Assembly (NCBI GenBank): GCA_036732145.1
Contig: DAINCY010000001.1
Coordinates: 5,197 to 69,196 of the forward strand
Direction: 5' to 3'
DNA: 64,000 bases
Source: Candidatus Dormiibacterota bacterium
GTDB taxonomy: Bacteria > Chloroflexota > Dormibacteria > Aeolococcales > Aeolococcaceae
Part shown: piece by piece, positions 18,388-30,695 of the stretch
How positions within the stretch are numbered: position 1 is the first letter of the stretch
Layout of the letters: each line of letters starts with the position of its first letter
Notes under the pieces: generated by a model
Told to the model about the DNA's origin: nothing
Databases searched by the model: none
What the model saw: the letters and a program-made list of their open reading frames with translations, nothing else
Translations under genes and position numbers: made by a program

Positions 18388-18905
18388 GTCTGCTCCCTCA
18401 ACCTGGCGCGGACGCGCTCCAGGGCTCTGTGGGTGGCCATCTTGGCCGCGCTCTCGCGCATGCCGAGCACCGCGGCCACCTCGGCGAAGCTCAAGCCACC
18501 GGCAATGCGCAGACCAACGAGCTGCCGATCGCGGTCGCGGAGCGTTTCCAGGGCAGCGCAGATGGACCTGAGGTCGCTGCGCTGTTCCGCGCTGTCCTCG
18601 ACGCTTTCGGGGAACTGGCGGTCGCGGCCCACGCGCGCCAGCAGAGAGCGACGACGTCCCTCGCGGCGGTACTGGTCGATCACGGCGTTGCGGGCGATCC
18701 GGAACAGCCAGGTGCGGGCCCCGGCGGCGTCGGGATGGACGCGTTCGTACGCCGCGAAGGCGGCGGCAAAGACGTCGGCGGTGATGTCCTCGGCCGTCGC
18801 GGCGTCGCGCAGCTGGGAGACACAGAACCGGTAGATCGCATCGGCATGCTCTCGGTACACCTCGTCGAACGGGGTCACCGCCCCCTCCAGCCGTGTGCCG
18901 GTCAT
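18384..18905 (-). CDS. ECF-type RNA polymerase sigma-70 factor
   Basis: Region 2 (AIYRFCVSQL ... DVFAAAFAAYE, WLFRIARN) and region 4 HTH (LSFAEVAAVLGMRESAAKMATHRA). ~173 aa. Confidence 0.85.
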   Translation of the reverse strand: MTGTRLEGAVTPFDEVYREHADAIYRFCVSQLRDAATAEDITADVFAAAFAAYERVHPDAAGARTWLFRIARNAVIDQYRREGRRRSLLARVGRDRQFPESVEDSAEQRSDLRSICAALETLRDRDRQLVGLRIAGGLSFAEVAAVLGMRESAAKMATHRALERVRARLREQT

Positions 18906-19015
18906 GGTGGCGATCATCGACTGCACAGACGTGGCTGCGTGCGATTGGTCACAGGCCGGGAGCGGCGGGCGACGTCGCTACACTGCCTGAGCGATCCACT
19001 GCACGGGAGCCGCCG

Positions 19016-19438
19016 GTGAGCGAAACGCCCCAGCCCAAGAACCCCGAACGCCTGGAGATCGAGGCCCTGACCGCCCTCCAGCCCGGTTTCGCGCGCCTCA
19101 TGCCGGAGATCGGGGTGAGGATGTGGAAGGCCTACCACGCGGGCCGGGCCAAGAACTGGGAGCTGGCCACCTGGCAGCTCAAGGAGATGCGCAAGCTCTT
19201 CCGGCTGGGCAACGTCACCCGTCCCAAGTACGAGGCCAACGTCGAGACGTTCCTCGACGAGGACCTGGCCCCGCTGTTCGCGGCGTGTGAGGCCGCCGAC
19301 CTGGCTGCCTTCGAGAGCGCCTTCGGCGAGGCTGTCGACGCCGCCAATGAGTACCACCGCCGCTGGAACAAGGGCTTCCTGGTGTGGAAGGTGCCGCAGA
19401 CGCCTCCGGAGGACCTGGTGCTCGAGCCACAGTCCTGA
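19016..19438 (+). CDS. Hypothetical protein, divergently transcribed from the ECF sigma operon
   Basis: ~141 aa from the in-frame GTG (VSETPQPKNPERLEIEAL...). Helical and charged; no family recognised. Confidence 0.4.
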   Translation: MSETPQPKNPERLEIEALTALQPGFARLMPEIGVRMWKAYHAGRAKNWELATWQLKEMRKLFRLGNVTRPKYEANVETFLDEDLAPLFAACEAADLAAFESAFGEAVDAANEYHRRWNKGFLVWKVPQTPPEDLVLEPQS

Positions 19439-19478
19439 TTGCGCTGCGACACCGCGGCGCATCTACTACACCGGACTG

Positions 19479-20114
19479 ATGCGTGCGGACGTGGCGGAGA
19501 TGCTCGAGACCCTGCGTGGGGGCGGGATCCACGACGAGCGGGTGCTTGCGGCGATGTCAACGGTCCCCCGCGAGCTCTTCGTCTCCGCCGCCCATCGGGC
19601 CGAGGCGTACGCCGACCGGGCGCTGGCGATCGACTGCGGACAGACCATCTCGCAGCCGCTGATCGTCGCCGCCATGGCCCAGGCGCTGGAGATCGGTGAC
19701 GGTGAGCGGGTCCTCGACGTGGGCACAGGATCCGGCTACCAGGCGGCCGTGCTTGCCGCCTGCGGTGCCCGCGTGTTCGGCATCGAGCGCGTTCCCGAGC
19801 TGGTCGAGGCCGCGCGGAAGCGGTTGACCGGCGCAGGGTTCGACGTCGACGTCCACGTCGGCGACGGCACCCGTGGACTGCCCGAAGAGGCCCCCTTCGA
19901 CGCCATCGTCGTCGCCGCCACAGCGCCCTGGCTGCCGCCCGCGCTGCCCCGGCAACTGCGCGAGGGAGGGCGGCTGGTCATCCCGCTTCACCGCGAGGGA
20001 GAGGAGATGGACGAACTGGTTCGCCTTCGCCTGATCGCGGGCCGGTGGGTCACCGACAGCCTCGGGCCATGCCGGTTCGTTCCCCTGATCGGCGACGACG
20101 CCTACACGCGCTAG
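19479..20114 (+). CDS. pcm: Protein-L-isoaspartate O-methyltransferase
   Basis: QTISQP motif and SAM-binding motif [16 protein letters not shown]. 211 aa from the internal ATG. Confidence 0.85.
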   Translation: MRADVAEMLETLRGGGIHDERVLAAMSTVPRELFVSAAHRAEAYADRALAIDCGQTISQPLIVAAMAQALEIGDGERVLDVGTGSGYQAAVLAACGARVFGIERVPELVEAARKRLTGAGFDVDVHVGDGTRGLPEEAPFDAIVVAATAPWLPPALPRQLREGGRLVIPLHREGEEMDELVRLRLIAGRWVTDSLGPCRFVPLIGDDAYTR

Positions 20115-20464
20115 CCCGGGCCCGCCGGCACCCTGAACATGCGCACCAGCGGACCGCCTCCCGCTCGCTCCACGGCCTCCGCCGCCGCCTGGCCGAAGGC
20201 CGCCTCGAGGACGAGGCTCACCTCCCTGTCGGCCGGGGCCTGGTCCAGACGCGTGCGGGTGAGCGTCACCGCGTACTGGTCGACCCCGTCCTCGCGGTTG
20301 GGGTAACGAGACCGTGTCACGGCCACGCGCAGTCCCAGCTCGCCGATGTCGACCTGGTGGCGACCGGAGAGCTTGATCCCCGGAGGACTCTCGAAGTCCT
20401 CGTCGGCGCGCTCCCGGAGGCCGTGGAGCAGGGAAGCCATGCCGGTGTCGTCCTGCTCAGTCAC
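20111..20464 (-). CDS. Hypothetical protein (117 aa), convergent with pcm
   Basis: ORF only; no recognised motif. Confidence 0.3.
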   Translation of the reverse strand: MTEQDDTGMASLLHGLRERADEDFESPPGIKLSGRHQVDIGELGLRVAVTRSRYPNREDGVDQYAVTLTRTRLDQAPADREVSLVLEAAFGQAAAEAVERAGGGPLVRMFRVPAGPG

Positions 20465-20602
20465 GACCCCACAGTAGCGCCGCCGGGGGGCTTCACACGT
20501 TTAGCATCACTGTCCGGCGAGGTATGCCCACTGAAGCGGCGCACCGCGCTCGCCATCAGACCTGAATTTCCCGATTCGCAAGTCCTGGGAGGGATCAACC
20601 CC

Positions 20603-22507
20603 ATGGCCAAGACCGTCGGCATCGACCTCGGCACCACCAACAGCGTCGTCGCTGTGATGGAAGGTGGCGAGCCGGTCGTCATTCCCAACGCCGAGGGCGG
20701 GCGAACCACGCCGTCGGTGGTCGCGTTCACGCGCAGCGGTGAACGCCTGGTGGGCACCCTCGCTCGCCGCCAGGCCGCCGTCAATCCTGAGAACACACTC
20801 TCCTCGATCAAGCGTTTCATGGGGCGCCTCGTCAACGAGGTGAGCACCGAGGCCAAGCAGGTCCCCTACAAGGTCGTGCCCGGCAAGGACGGTCGCGTCG
20901 AGGTGGAGGTGTCCGGCGAACGCCATACCCCAGAGCAGATCTCCGCGATGATCCTGCAGAAGCTCAAGACCGACGCCGAGGCCTACCTCGGCGAGAAGGT
21001 GAGCGACGCGGTCATCACCGTCCCGGCGTACTTCAACGACGCCCAGCGCCAGGCCACCAAGAACGCCGGCCAGATCGCGGGCCTCAACGTGCTTCGCATC
21101 ATCAACGAGCCCACCGCGGCATCTCTCGCCTACGGGCTCGAGAAGAAGGAGAACGAGAAGATCCTCGTCTTCGACCTCGGTGGCGGCACGTTCGACGTCT
21201 CGATCCTCGAGGTCGGCGAGGGTGTGTTCGAGGTCAAGGCGACCAACGGCGACACCCACCTCGGTGGCGACGACTATGACCGACGCATCGTCGACTGGCT
21301 CGCCGACGAGTTCAAGAAGGACCAGGGCATCGACCTGCGCGGCGACCGTCAGGCATTGCAGAGGCTGACCGAGGCGGCGGAGAAAGCCAAGATCGAGCTA
21401 TCGCAGCGGCAGGAGACCGAGATCAACCTGCCGTTCATCACCGCCGACGCGTCGGGCCCCAAGCACCTGGCCATCGCGCTGTCGCGCAGCAGGTTCGAGC
21501 AGCTCACCGAGGACCTGACCAACCGCACCCGCAGGCCCTTCCAGGACGCTCTCAAGGACGCCGGCATGTCGGCGTCCGAGCTCGATGAGGTGATCCTGGT
21601 CGGCGGCTCAACGCGTATGCCGGTCATCCAGGAGCTGGTCAAGTCGTTCACAGGCAAGGACCCGCACCGCGGCGTCAACCCCGACGAGGTGGTCGCCATC
21701 GGCGCGGCCATCCAGGCGGGCGTGCTCAAGGGCGAGGTCAAGGACGTGCTACTCCTTGACGTCACACCGCTGAGCCTCGGCATCATGACCGAGGGCGAGG
21801 TCAACACCAAGCTCATCGAGCGCAACACCACGATTCCGACGTCGAAGTCGCAGGTGTTCTCCACGGCCTCGGACAGCCAGCCGTCAGTGGAAGTTGTCGT
21901 GCTCCAGGGCGAGCGACCTCTGGCGCGCGACAACCGCATCTTGGGCACATTCACGCTCGATGGCATCGCGCCGGCACCGCGTGGGCTGCCGCAGATCGAG
22001 GTTACCTTCGACATCGACGCCAACGGCATTCTCAACGTCAGCGCCAAGGACCGCGGCACCGGCAAGGAGAACCGGGTGACCATCACCGGGTCCACAACGC
22101 TCGACAAGAGCGAGGTGGAGCGCATGGTCAAGGAAGCCGAGGCCAATGCCGAGGAAGACCGCAAGCGCGCTGAGGCGATCGAAACCCGCAACCGCGCGGA
22201 GCACCTCGCCTACCAGGCCGAGAAGGCGCTCACTGACGCAGGCGAGAAGGTGCCGCAGGACGTGCGCACCGACATCGAGGCCAAGGTCAAGGCGGTACGT
22301 GACGCCATCGCCGCCGCCGACGGTGACGCCATCAAGCTAGCCAGTGACGACCTGCAATCGTCGATCCAGAAGATCGGCGAGGCAGTGTATGCGCAATCGA
22401 GCGCGACTCCCGACCAGGGTGACCCCAACGGATCTCCCACCACGGAGGAAACCACGAGTCCGCCGTCCGGAGAGGACGTCGTCGACGCGGAGTTCAAAGA
22501 GGTCTGA
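20603..22507 (+). CDS. dnaK: Molecular chaperone DnaK (Hsp70)
   Basis: 634 aa. Hsp70 signatures [24 protein letters not shown] and a C-terminal lid. Start at [10 protein letters not shown]. Confidence 0.97.
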   Translation: MAKTVGIDLGTTNSVVAVMEGGEPVVIPNAEGGRTTPSVVAFTRSGERLVGTLARRQAAVNPENTLSSIKRFMGRLVNEVSTEAKQVPYKVVPGKDGRVEVEVSGERHTPEQISAMILQKLKTDAEAYLGEKVSDAVITVPAYFNDAQRQATKNAGQIAGLNVLRIINEPTAASLAYGLEKKENEKILVFDLGGGTFDVSILEVGEGVFEVKATNGDTHLGGDDYDRRIVDWLADEFKKDQGIDLRGDRQALQRLTEAAEKAKIELSQRQETEINLPFITADASGPKHLAIALSRSRFEQLTEDLTNRTRRPFQDALKDAGMSASELDEVILVGGSTRMPVIQELVKSFTGKDPHRGVNPDEVVAIGAAIQAGVLKGEVKDVLLLDVTPLSLGIMTEGEVNTKLIERNTTIPTSKSQVFSTASDSQPSVEVVVLQGERPLARDNRILGTFTLDGIAPAPRGLPQIEVTFDIDANGILNVSAKDRGTGKENRVTITGSTTLDKSEVERMVKEAEANAEEDRKRAEAIETRNRAEHLAYQAEKALTDAGEKVPQDVRTDIEAKVKAVRDAIAAADGDAIKLASDDLQSSIQKIGEAVYAQSSATPDQGDPNGSPTTEETTSPPSGEDVVDAEFKEV

Positions 22508-22525
22508 TCCCCTGCGGACATCAGA

Positions 22526-22554
22526 GCCCGGCGCCAGATGGCGCCGGGCTTTTT
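22526..22554 (+). terminator. Rho-independent terminator downstream of dnaK
   Basis: Perfect 10-bp GC stem GCCCGGCGCC / GGCGCCGGGC with loop AGAT, followed by TTTTT, 19 nt after the dnaK stop. Confidence 0.75.
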
Positions 22555-22761
22555 CGTGCCATGGATTGCGTCAGCGCACGGTGGCGTGGACGGCGTCCAC
22601 GTCCGCGACGGGAGCTCCGGCCAGACCTGACCACGCGGTCTGTTCCGCCGACCGGCCCATCCCCTTTTACAAACCCCTTGCCGGAGAGCATGATCCGCGC
22701 TGGAAGTGCCGCCCGCGGGTATCCCCCGGGGGGGCGCAACGACGGAGTGGAGGTGTGGCAC

Positions 22762-23370
22762 ATGGCGCGTACGTTTGAAGACACGGCCCTGAGGACGCCG
22801 GAGCCGGCGCCGCTGACCGCCGACCCGGCTCCGCTCGGGCTCGCCGGCTTCGGCATCACCACGCTGCTGCTGTCACTCATCAACGCCGGCATCCTCAATG
22901 CCACCGTCACTGAGGGTGTCATGGCCCTTGCCCTCGCCTTTGGCGGCGGGGCTCAGCTGCTCGCGGGCATGTGGGCATTCAGGCGCGGCAACACCTTCGC
23001 GGCGACCGCATTCACGTCGTACGGTGCCTTCTGGTTCAGCTTCTACCTGCTGGTCAATGTCTTCATCCCGCAGATGAAGGGCGCGACGCCCACCGACATC
23101 AGCACCTTCGTGGCCACATATCTCCTGGCCTGGGGCATCTTCACCGCCTACATGTTCGTCGCATCCCTGGCCGGGGCCAAGGCCGTTCAACTGGTGTTCT
23201 TCCTGCTGGCCCTCACCTTTCTGGTGCTCGCTCTTGGTGACTACGCGGCGAGCACGACCATCCACAACGTCGGCGGGTACATCGGCCTCGCCACCGCAGC
23301 GGCAGCGATTTACGCGTCGTTCGCTGACGTGACCAACGCCAACTTCAAGAGGCGTGTTCTGCCCACCTGA
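22762..23370 (+). CDS. satP: GPR1/FUN34/YaaH (SatP) family acetate/succinate transporter
   Basis: NPAPLGL..FG.TT signature (DPAPLGLAGFGITT). Six TM helices. 202 aa from the internal ATG. Confidence 0.8.
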   Translation: MARTFEDTALRTPEPAPLTADPAPLGLAGFGITTLLLSLINAGILNATVTEGVMALALAFGGGAQLLAGMWAFRRGNTFAATAFTSYGAFWFSFYLLVNVFIPQMKGATPTDISTFVATYLLAWGIFTAYMFVASLAGAKAVQLVFFLLALTFLVLALGDYAASTTIHNVGGYIGLATAAAAIYASFADVTNANFKRRVLPT

Positions 23371-23429
23371 TCGACCACCAACAGAGACGACGGACCAGCG
23401 GCGCGCAAGCGCGTGGAGGAGACCACCTG

Positions 23430-25400
<1,971 letters not shown>

Positions 25401-25403
25401 GCG

Positions 25404-26339
25404 CTATCGAACCTGGTCGATCCTGGCCAGCACCCAGTCGTAGTCGCCGCTCATCACCGGCGCCTTGCAGTACGAACACACACCGCTGAGGTCGACATCC
25501 AGGGGAGCACCGCAATTGGGGCAGTGCTGTGCCATGGTGCCGCCGTCGGGCCGGGTGGTCGCCTTGGAGGAGCGCTCGAACAACCAGTCCTCGTACCACT
25601 CGCGCACTGTGAGGTCACCCCGGACGACCTTGTTGGTGGCGGCCTCGACGTCGTAGTCGGCGCAGGCAGCGTTCATGCGCAACTGGATGTGGTCGTGGTG
25701 CACGTCGCTGCCGGCACTGACGACGGTGGCGCCGGCAAGGGCCAGGTTGTCAAGAACGTTGCGCTGCCCCTTGGCGACGTACTGCTCGATCTGAGCGCGA
25801 TGCTGGTCCCACAGGGTGTCCGACATGACACGGCGGCTCTCCTCGGGCTTGCAGTCGCTCCAGGCCTTCTCGACGATGAAGAACTCGCGCTGCGCGAGGT
25901 TGATGAACTCGGTCTCGTCGAACTGCGGATCGTGCCCGCGAATCGCCGCCAGCCCGGCGGCCACGCTGTCGACTGCAGGCGGTCCTGACTGGCCCACCCC
26001 GAATCCGGCGGGGACGCCCATGGGACGGCTGTCGCCGTAGGAGGGGACGTACGCGCCCGACCCAAGACCCCGCCGTCCGCCGCCGGCCATCCGTCGCCAC
26101 GCGTTGAAGGCGGAGAGCAGGAGGAAGATGAAGAAGATGGGCCCCCCGCCGAAGAAGAGAAGAGACAGAAGGCCGAGCGAGCCCAGCCCACCGCCGCCGT
26201 AGTAGCCGCCCCCGCCGTAGTAACCACCACCGCCGTATCCGCCTCCTCCCCCGCCGAAGCCACCGCCGCCGAATCCCTGGCCGCCGCCGGCACGCGCCAG
26301 CACGGCGTGATGCAGGAGCAGTTGTGCAGTGACCATCAC
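25404..26339 (-). CDS. Tim44-like domain protein with an N-terminal Gly/Tyr-rich low-complexity region, TM helix and C-terminal zinc ribbon
   Basis: Gly/Tyr-rich low-complexity run (...GGGGGGYGGGGYYGGGGYYGGGG), then a hydrophobic helix, then a Tim44-like region. Four cysteines form a ribbon (CPNCGAPLDVDLSGVCSYC). Common actinobacterial-type architecture. Confidence 0.65.
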   Translation of the reverse strand: MMVTAQLLLHHAVLARAGGGQGFGGGGFGGGGGGYGGGGYYGGGGYYGGGGLGSLGLLSLLFFGGGPIFFIFLLLSAFNAWRRMAGGGRRGLGSGAYVPSYGDSRPMGVPAGFGVGQSGPPAVDSVAAGLAAIRGHDPQFDETEFINLAQREFFIVEKAWSDCKPEESRRVMSDTLWDQHRAQIEQYVAKGQRNVLDNLALAGATVVSAGSDVHHDHIQLRMNAACADYDVEAATNKVVRGDLTVREWYEDWLFERSSKATTRPDGGTMAQHCPNCGAPLDVDLSGVCSYCKAPVMSGDYDWVLARIDQVR

Positions 26340-26890
26340 GGCCTCCAGTTGTCGCCGGGCGCTGGGGGCGGCGGCAGGGGGTACCCGTCAATTCGCTCGT
26401 CGAGTGGGTCGGCGCCGCCGTCGTGCAACAGGCGGCTGAAGAGTGCCTGAAGAAGAATGGGGATGGCGATGGCCACGATGCCGAGGATGAACGTTGGGGA
26501 GTTGGGCAGATTGGCCTCGTTGCTCAGACCGTTGTAGCAGAAGAGCGCCTCGACAAAGGAGATGCCGATGATCACGGCCATGCCGATGACCAGCACCACC
26601 TCCTGATTGCGCTCCTGGAGCGGCCCGTTGTGGGGAAAGCGGAGCTTGGCGACCCGATAGATCTTCAACGCCGTCCACGAGTTGAGCATCAGGCCACTCA
26701 CGAAGGCGAGCACGCTGATGCCCAGGCGGAACTGGGCGAGGTGATGGACGATGAAGGCGGCGATGTTGACCATGATCAACCCGACCGGGGTGAGCGCGCC
26801 GATCGCTGGAATCGTCCAGCGGCGCAGCCCCACGGCGACCCCGCGACGCCGGGGCAGATCAAGCTCGCTCCGTCGCGTCCGGTTGAACAT
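26336..26890 (-). CDS. Hypothetical 4-TM membrane protein, translationally coupled (ATGA) to the Tim44-like gene
   Basis: 184 aa from the internal ATG (MFNRTRRSELD...). Four hydrophobic helices and a Pro-rich tail. Confidence 0.45.
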   Translation of the reverse strand: MFNRTRRSELDLPRRRGVAVGLRRWTIPAIGALTPVGLIMVNIAAFIVHHLAQFRLGISVLAFVSGLMLNSWTALKIYRVAKLRFPHNGPLQERNQEVVLVIGMAVIIGISFVEALFCYNGLSNEANLPNSPTFILGIVAIAIPILLQALFSRLLHDGGADPLDERIDGYPLPPPPAPGDNWRP

Positions 26891-27031
26891 GGGTAAAGAG
26901 TAGGCGGCCCAGCCCGCCAACGGGCGCCGGCGGCAGCGATCACGCCCCCCTTGTCCCTGCGCGGTTGGGCTCCTGCGCCACGCGGTACGATGGGGGCACA
27001 AAGCGCGTGTCCGTGGACGCGTTCGCCTCGT

Positions 27032-27401
<370 letters not shown>

Positions 27402-27503
27402 ACTCCATATGTAACCGCATCGATGACGGACCGGTGACGCCTGTCGACCCACCCCGGTGTACCCTGTGAGGGTTGCCGCCGCTTCATTTCAGGACGTCTC
27501 CTC

Positions 27504-29111
27504 ATGCTCACCCTGTCTTCCGCCCGCGTCGAGATGGGCGCGCGCACGCTCCTGAAGGAGACCTCTCTGCTGATCAAGCAGGGCGAGAAGGTGGCCCTGG
27601 TGGGGGCGAATGGCATGGGCAAGACAACACTGCTGCGCTCAATCGCCGGCGACCACACCCTCTCGGCGGGCACCGTCAGCGTTCCGCCAAGGACGGCGTA
27701 CCTGCGGCAGGAGACCCCTCGGCTGGATGCGGCAGATGAGCAGACGGCCCTCGAGTATCTCCTCCAGACGAGCCCGCTGACCGCACTGCGACACGAGATG
27801 GAACGGCTCTCGGGCCTGATGTCCACGAGCATCGGCGATGACCTCGATCGAGCCATCGATGAGTACAGCGAGCTGCACGAACGGTTCGTCCACGCTGGAG
27901 GCTACGAGCTCGACGCCACCGCCGAGCAGATCGCCAAGGGCGTCGGGCTCGACGACGACGCGCTGCTCACGCACGTGGGCGCTCTCTCCGGTGGACAGCG
28001 CCGCAAGCTCGACCTCGCGGGCCTCCTTCTGGCCGGGGGCGATCTCTTCATCCTCGACGAGCCGACCAACCACCTTGATGTCTCGGCCAAGAAGTGGGTG
28101 ATGAACTTCCTGGGGCAGACCGAGGCGACGGTGCTGGTCGTCAGCCACGACGTCAAGCTGATGGACGCATCCTTCGATCGAGTGCTCGCACTCGAGAACG
28201 CCCAGATCGACAGCTACAAGGGCACATACAGCGACTTCGTCCGGCAGCGCGCCGAGAACGAGGCACAGCGCGCGCACCAGGCCAAGAACATCACCAAGGA
28301 AGCGTCACGGCTGGCCGAGACCAAGAAGGTGTTCTCGAAGGGCAACGCCACGCACGCTGCCAAACGGCGTGCGCTGCAGCGACGCATCGACACCCTCAAC
28401 GAACGGCTGAAGGACCACGCGCCGCCCGTGCGACGCCGGCAGCTTCGAGTGCGTTTCCCGGAGCCCGCGCGCACCGGAGACCAGGTGCTGGACGTCACAG
28501 GTCTGTCCAAGGCATACGCGGACCACCAGGTGTTCGCCGGGGTCGACTTCAACCTTCAGCGTGGCGACATGCTGCTGCTTGTTGGCGTCAACGGCGCGGG
28601 CAAGACCACCCTGCTGCGCTGCCTGGCGGACCGCGAGACGGCGGACGCGGGCGCGGTGCGGCTGGGCGCGAACGTCAAGGTCGGTTTCTACGCACAGGAG
28701 CATGAGGACATCATTGCCAAGGCGTCGGTGCTCGACAACCTTCGCAGCAGCGTCCCCGACGCTTCCGAAGGAGAGCTGCGCAGCGTCCTCGGCCACTTCG
28801 GCCTGGTCGGTGATGTTGCGACCCAGGAGGCCGGAACCCTCTCGGGCGGAGAGAAGACCAAGCTGGCCCTGGCCCGCCTGATGGTGGCCCGTGCCAATCT
28901 CCTGCTCCTCGACGAGCCCACCAACAACCTCGACCCACATTCGGTCGAGGCGCTGCTGGCGGCGCTGCAACACTACGAGGGCACGGTCGTGCTGGTCAGC
29001 CACGATGCCGCCTTCGTGTCCCAACTCGCCCCGGAGCGGATTCTGCTGCTCCCCGAGAGCCAGCTGACCTACTTCGACGAGAGGATCCTGGGGATGATCC
29101 CCCAGCGCTAG
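27504..29111 (+). CDS. ABC-F family ATPase (two tandem ABC domains, no TM domain)
   Basis: Two Walker A motifs (GANGMGKTT, GVNGAGKTT), two ABC signatures (LSGGQRRKLDL, LSGGEKTKLAL) and Walker B motifs. An inter-domain linker and lack of any TM segment mark the ABC-F translation-factor class. Confidence 0.85.
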   Translation: MLTLSSARVEMGARTLLKETSLLIKQGEKVALVGANGMGKTTLLRSIAGDHTLSAGTVSVPPRTAYLRQETPRLDAADEQTALEYLLQTSPLTALRHEMERLSGLMSTSIGDDLDRAIDEYSELHERFVHAGGYELDATAEQIAKGVGLDDDALLTHVGALSGGQRRKLDLAGLLLAGGDLFILDEPTNHLDVSAKKWVMNFLGQTEATVLVVSHDVKLMDASFDRVLALENAQIDSYKGTYSDFVRQRAENEAQRAHQAKNITKEASRLAETKKVFSKGNATHAAKRRALQRRIDTLNERLKDHAPPVRRRQLRVRFPEPARTGDQVLDVTGLSKAYADHQVFAGVDFNLQRGDMLLLVGVNGAGKTTLLRCLADRETADAGAVRLGANVKVGFYAQEHEDIIAKASVLDNLRSSVPDASEGELRSVLGHFGLVGDVATQEAGTLSGGEKTKLALARLMVARANLLLLDEPTNNLDPHSVEALLAALQHYEGTVVLVSHDAAFVSQLAPERILLLPESQLTYFDERILGMIPQR

Positions 29112-29193
29112 GCCGATTCGGCCATGCCGCCCTGCGGCGGCGGCGCACAGGCGCATCTCTACGATGGTCACCCAGTCGAGGAGGAGGCCATAG

Positions 29194-30144
29194 GTGACAC
29201 GGGCGATGCGAGGGCTGATGTACGGCGTGCTCGCCTACGGGCTCTGGGGGGTGCTTCCCCTGTACTGGCCCCTCCTCGAGCCCGCCGGCCCCTTGGAGAT
29301 CCTGGCCTGGCGGATCCTCTGCAGTCTGGTCGCCGTCGCTGTGCTGCTGGCTGTCCGCCGCGAGCTGCTCCACATGCGACGCCTCGAGCGCGCCGCACTC
29401 ATGCGTCTCGGCATCGCCGGAGTGCTGATCACGGTCAACTGGGGCGCCTACATCTGGGCAGTCAACAACCACCATGTCCTCGAGACCAGCCTCGGCTACT
29501 TCATCAACCCGCTGCTCACGATCGCGCTCGGCGTGGTCATCCTGCGAGAGCGGCTCCGCGGCGCCCAGTGGGTGGCCGTCGCGCTCGGTGGTGTTGCGGT
29601 GGTCGTGCTCAGCGTCGACTACGGGCAGCCCCCCTGGCTGGCGCTGTTCCTGGCGGGCAGCTTTGCCGGCTACGGGTTCATCAAGAAGAGCGTCCGCGCC
29701 ACAGCTCTTGAGGGAGTGCTGGTCGAGGCAGGGGCGACGGCCGTTCCTGCGGTGGTGGTGCTCGTGGTGGTGGCGATCGCGGGAAGCGCCACCTGGGTGG
29801 GGCACGCGGCCACCCCGGGCCACCTCCTCCTGCTGGCAACATCCGGGCCAGTCAGCATCACCCCGCTGCTCTTCTTCGCCGGCGCGGCCAAGCGTCTCCC
29901 GCTCTCCTCGGTCGGCCTACTTCAGTATCTGGCGCCGGTGCTCCAGTTCGTCATCGGCGTGGTCGTCCTCCACGAGGCGCTCCCGCCGGCGCGGCTTGGT
30001 GGCTTTGCGCTGGTGTGGTTGGCGCTGCTCATCCTCGCCGTCGACGCGATCCGGCACCGCCGTGCAGCACCAGGCGTCGTGGCCGGTCCGGAGGTCGTCG
30101 ACGTCGCCGAACCGAGAGATGTGGCCCTGATGGGCAACACCTAG
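29194..30144 (+). CDS. rarD: EamA/RarD family transporter (10-TM drug/metabolite exporter superfamily)
   Basis: 316 aa. Duplicated EamA domains. N-terminus YGVLAYGLWGVLPLYW is typical of RarD. Confidence 0.7.
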   Translation: MTRAMRGLMYGVLAYGLWGVLPLYWPLLEPAGPLEILAWRILCSLVAVAVLLAVRRELLHMRRLERAALMRLGIAGVLITVNWGAYIWAVNNHHVLETSLGYFINPLLTIALGVVILRERLRGAQWVAVALGGVAVVVLSVDYGQPPWLALFLAGSFAGYGFIKKSVRATALEGVLVEAGATAVPAVVVLVVVAIAGSATWVGHAATPGHLLLLATSGPVSITPLLFFAGAAKRLPLSSVGLLQYLAPVLQFVIGVVVLHEALPPARLGGFALVWLALLILAVDAIRHRRAAPGVVAGPEVVDVAEPRDVALMGNT

Positions 30145-30623
30145 CCCGTCACGGCTCCCGGGGCTGTGCGGCGACGCACCTCCGCGAGAACGTCGGCCGC
30201 ATGGTTGGCCGCCTTGACCTGCGGCCAGACATGGACGATGTGGCCGTCGGGACCGATCAGGAATGACACGCGCTGAGTGGTGGGGAGGATGCCCATCATC
30301 TTGCCGACGCCGTAGGCGTTGCCGATGCCGTGGTCGCGATCGGACGCGAGCGCGAACTCCAGCCCGTACTTCTCTGCGAAACGCTGATGCGAATCCCAGC
30401 TGTCGGTGCTGACGCCGATGACGTCGGCGCCGCTCTCGGCCAAGGCGGACAGGTTGTCGTTGAGTCCGCGAGCCTCGGCGGTGCAGCCCGGCGTGTCGTC
30501 CTTGGGGTAGAAGTACACCAGCACATGCCGTCCGCGCAGGGATGAGAGTTGAACCGTGCTGCCGTCGCGGCGTCGCGCGGTGATGTCGGGTGCTTGCTCG
30601 CCAATGCCCAACAGGGCCATCAC
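30141..30623 (-). CDS. bcp: Thiol peroxidase, Bcp-type peroxiredoxin
   Basis: AhpC/TSA motif FYPKDDTPGCT with the peroxidatic Cys. ~155 aa. Confidence 0.85.
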   Translation of the reverse strand: MMALLGIGEQAPDITARRRDGSTVQLSSLRGRHVLVYFYPKDDTPGCTAEARGLNDNLSALAESGADVIGVSTDSWDSHQRFAEKYGLEFALASDRDHGIGNAYGVGKMMGILPTTQRVSFLIGPDGHIVHVWPQVKAANHAADVLAEVRRRTAPGAVTG

Positions 30624-30695
30624 ATTCCTCCTGTTGAGACCCAGGGTACGTCAGGGCGGCCCGCCCGGCAGTCGTCCCGCGCGTGCCGGGCGGCC

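Noticed and set aside
20465-20602. CIRCE (HrcA) element upstream of dnaK
   Set aside because: Only the left arm (TTTAGCATCAC) resembles TTAGCACTC. No GAGTGCTAA right arm at the required 9-nt spacing. Reported as a question, not as a feature.
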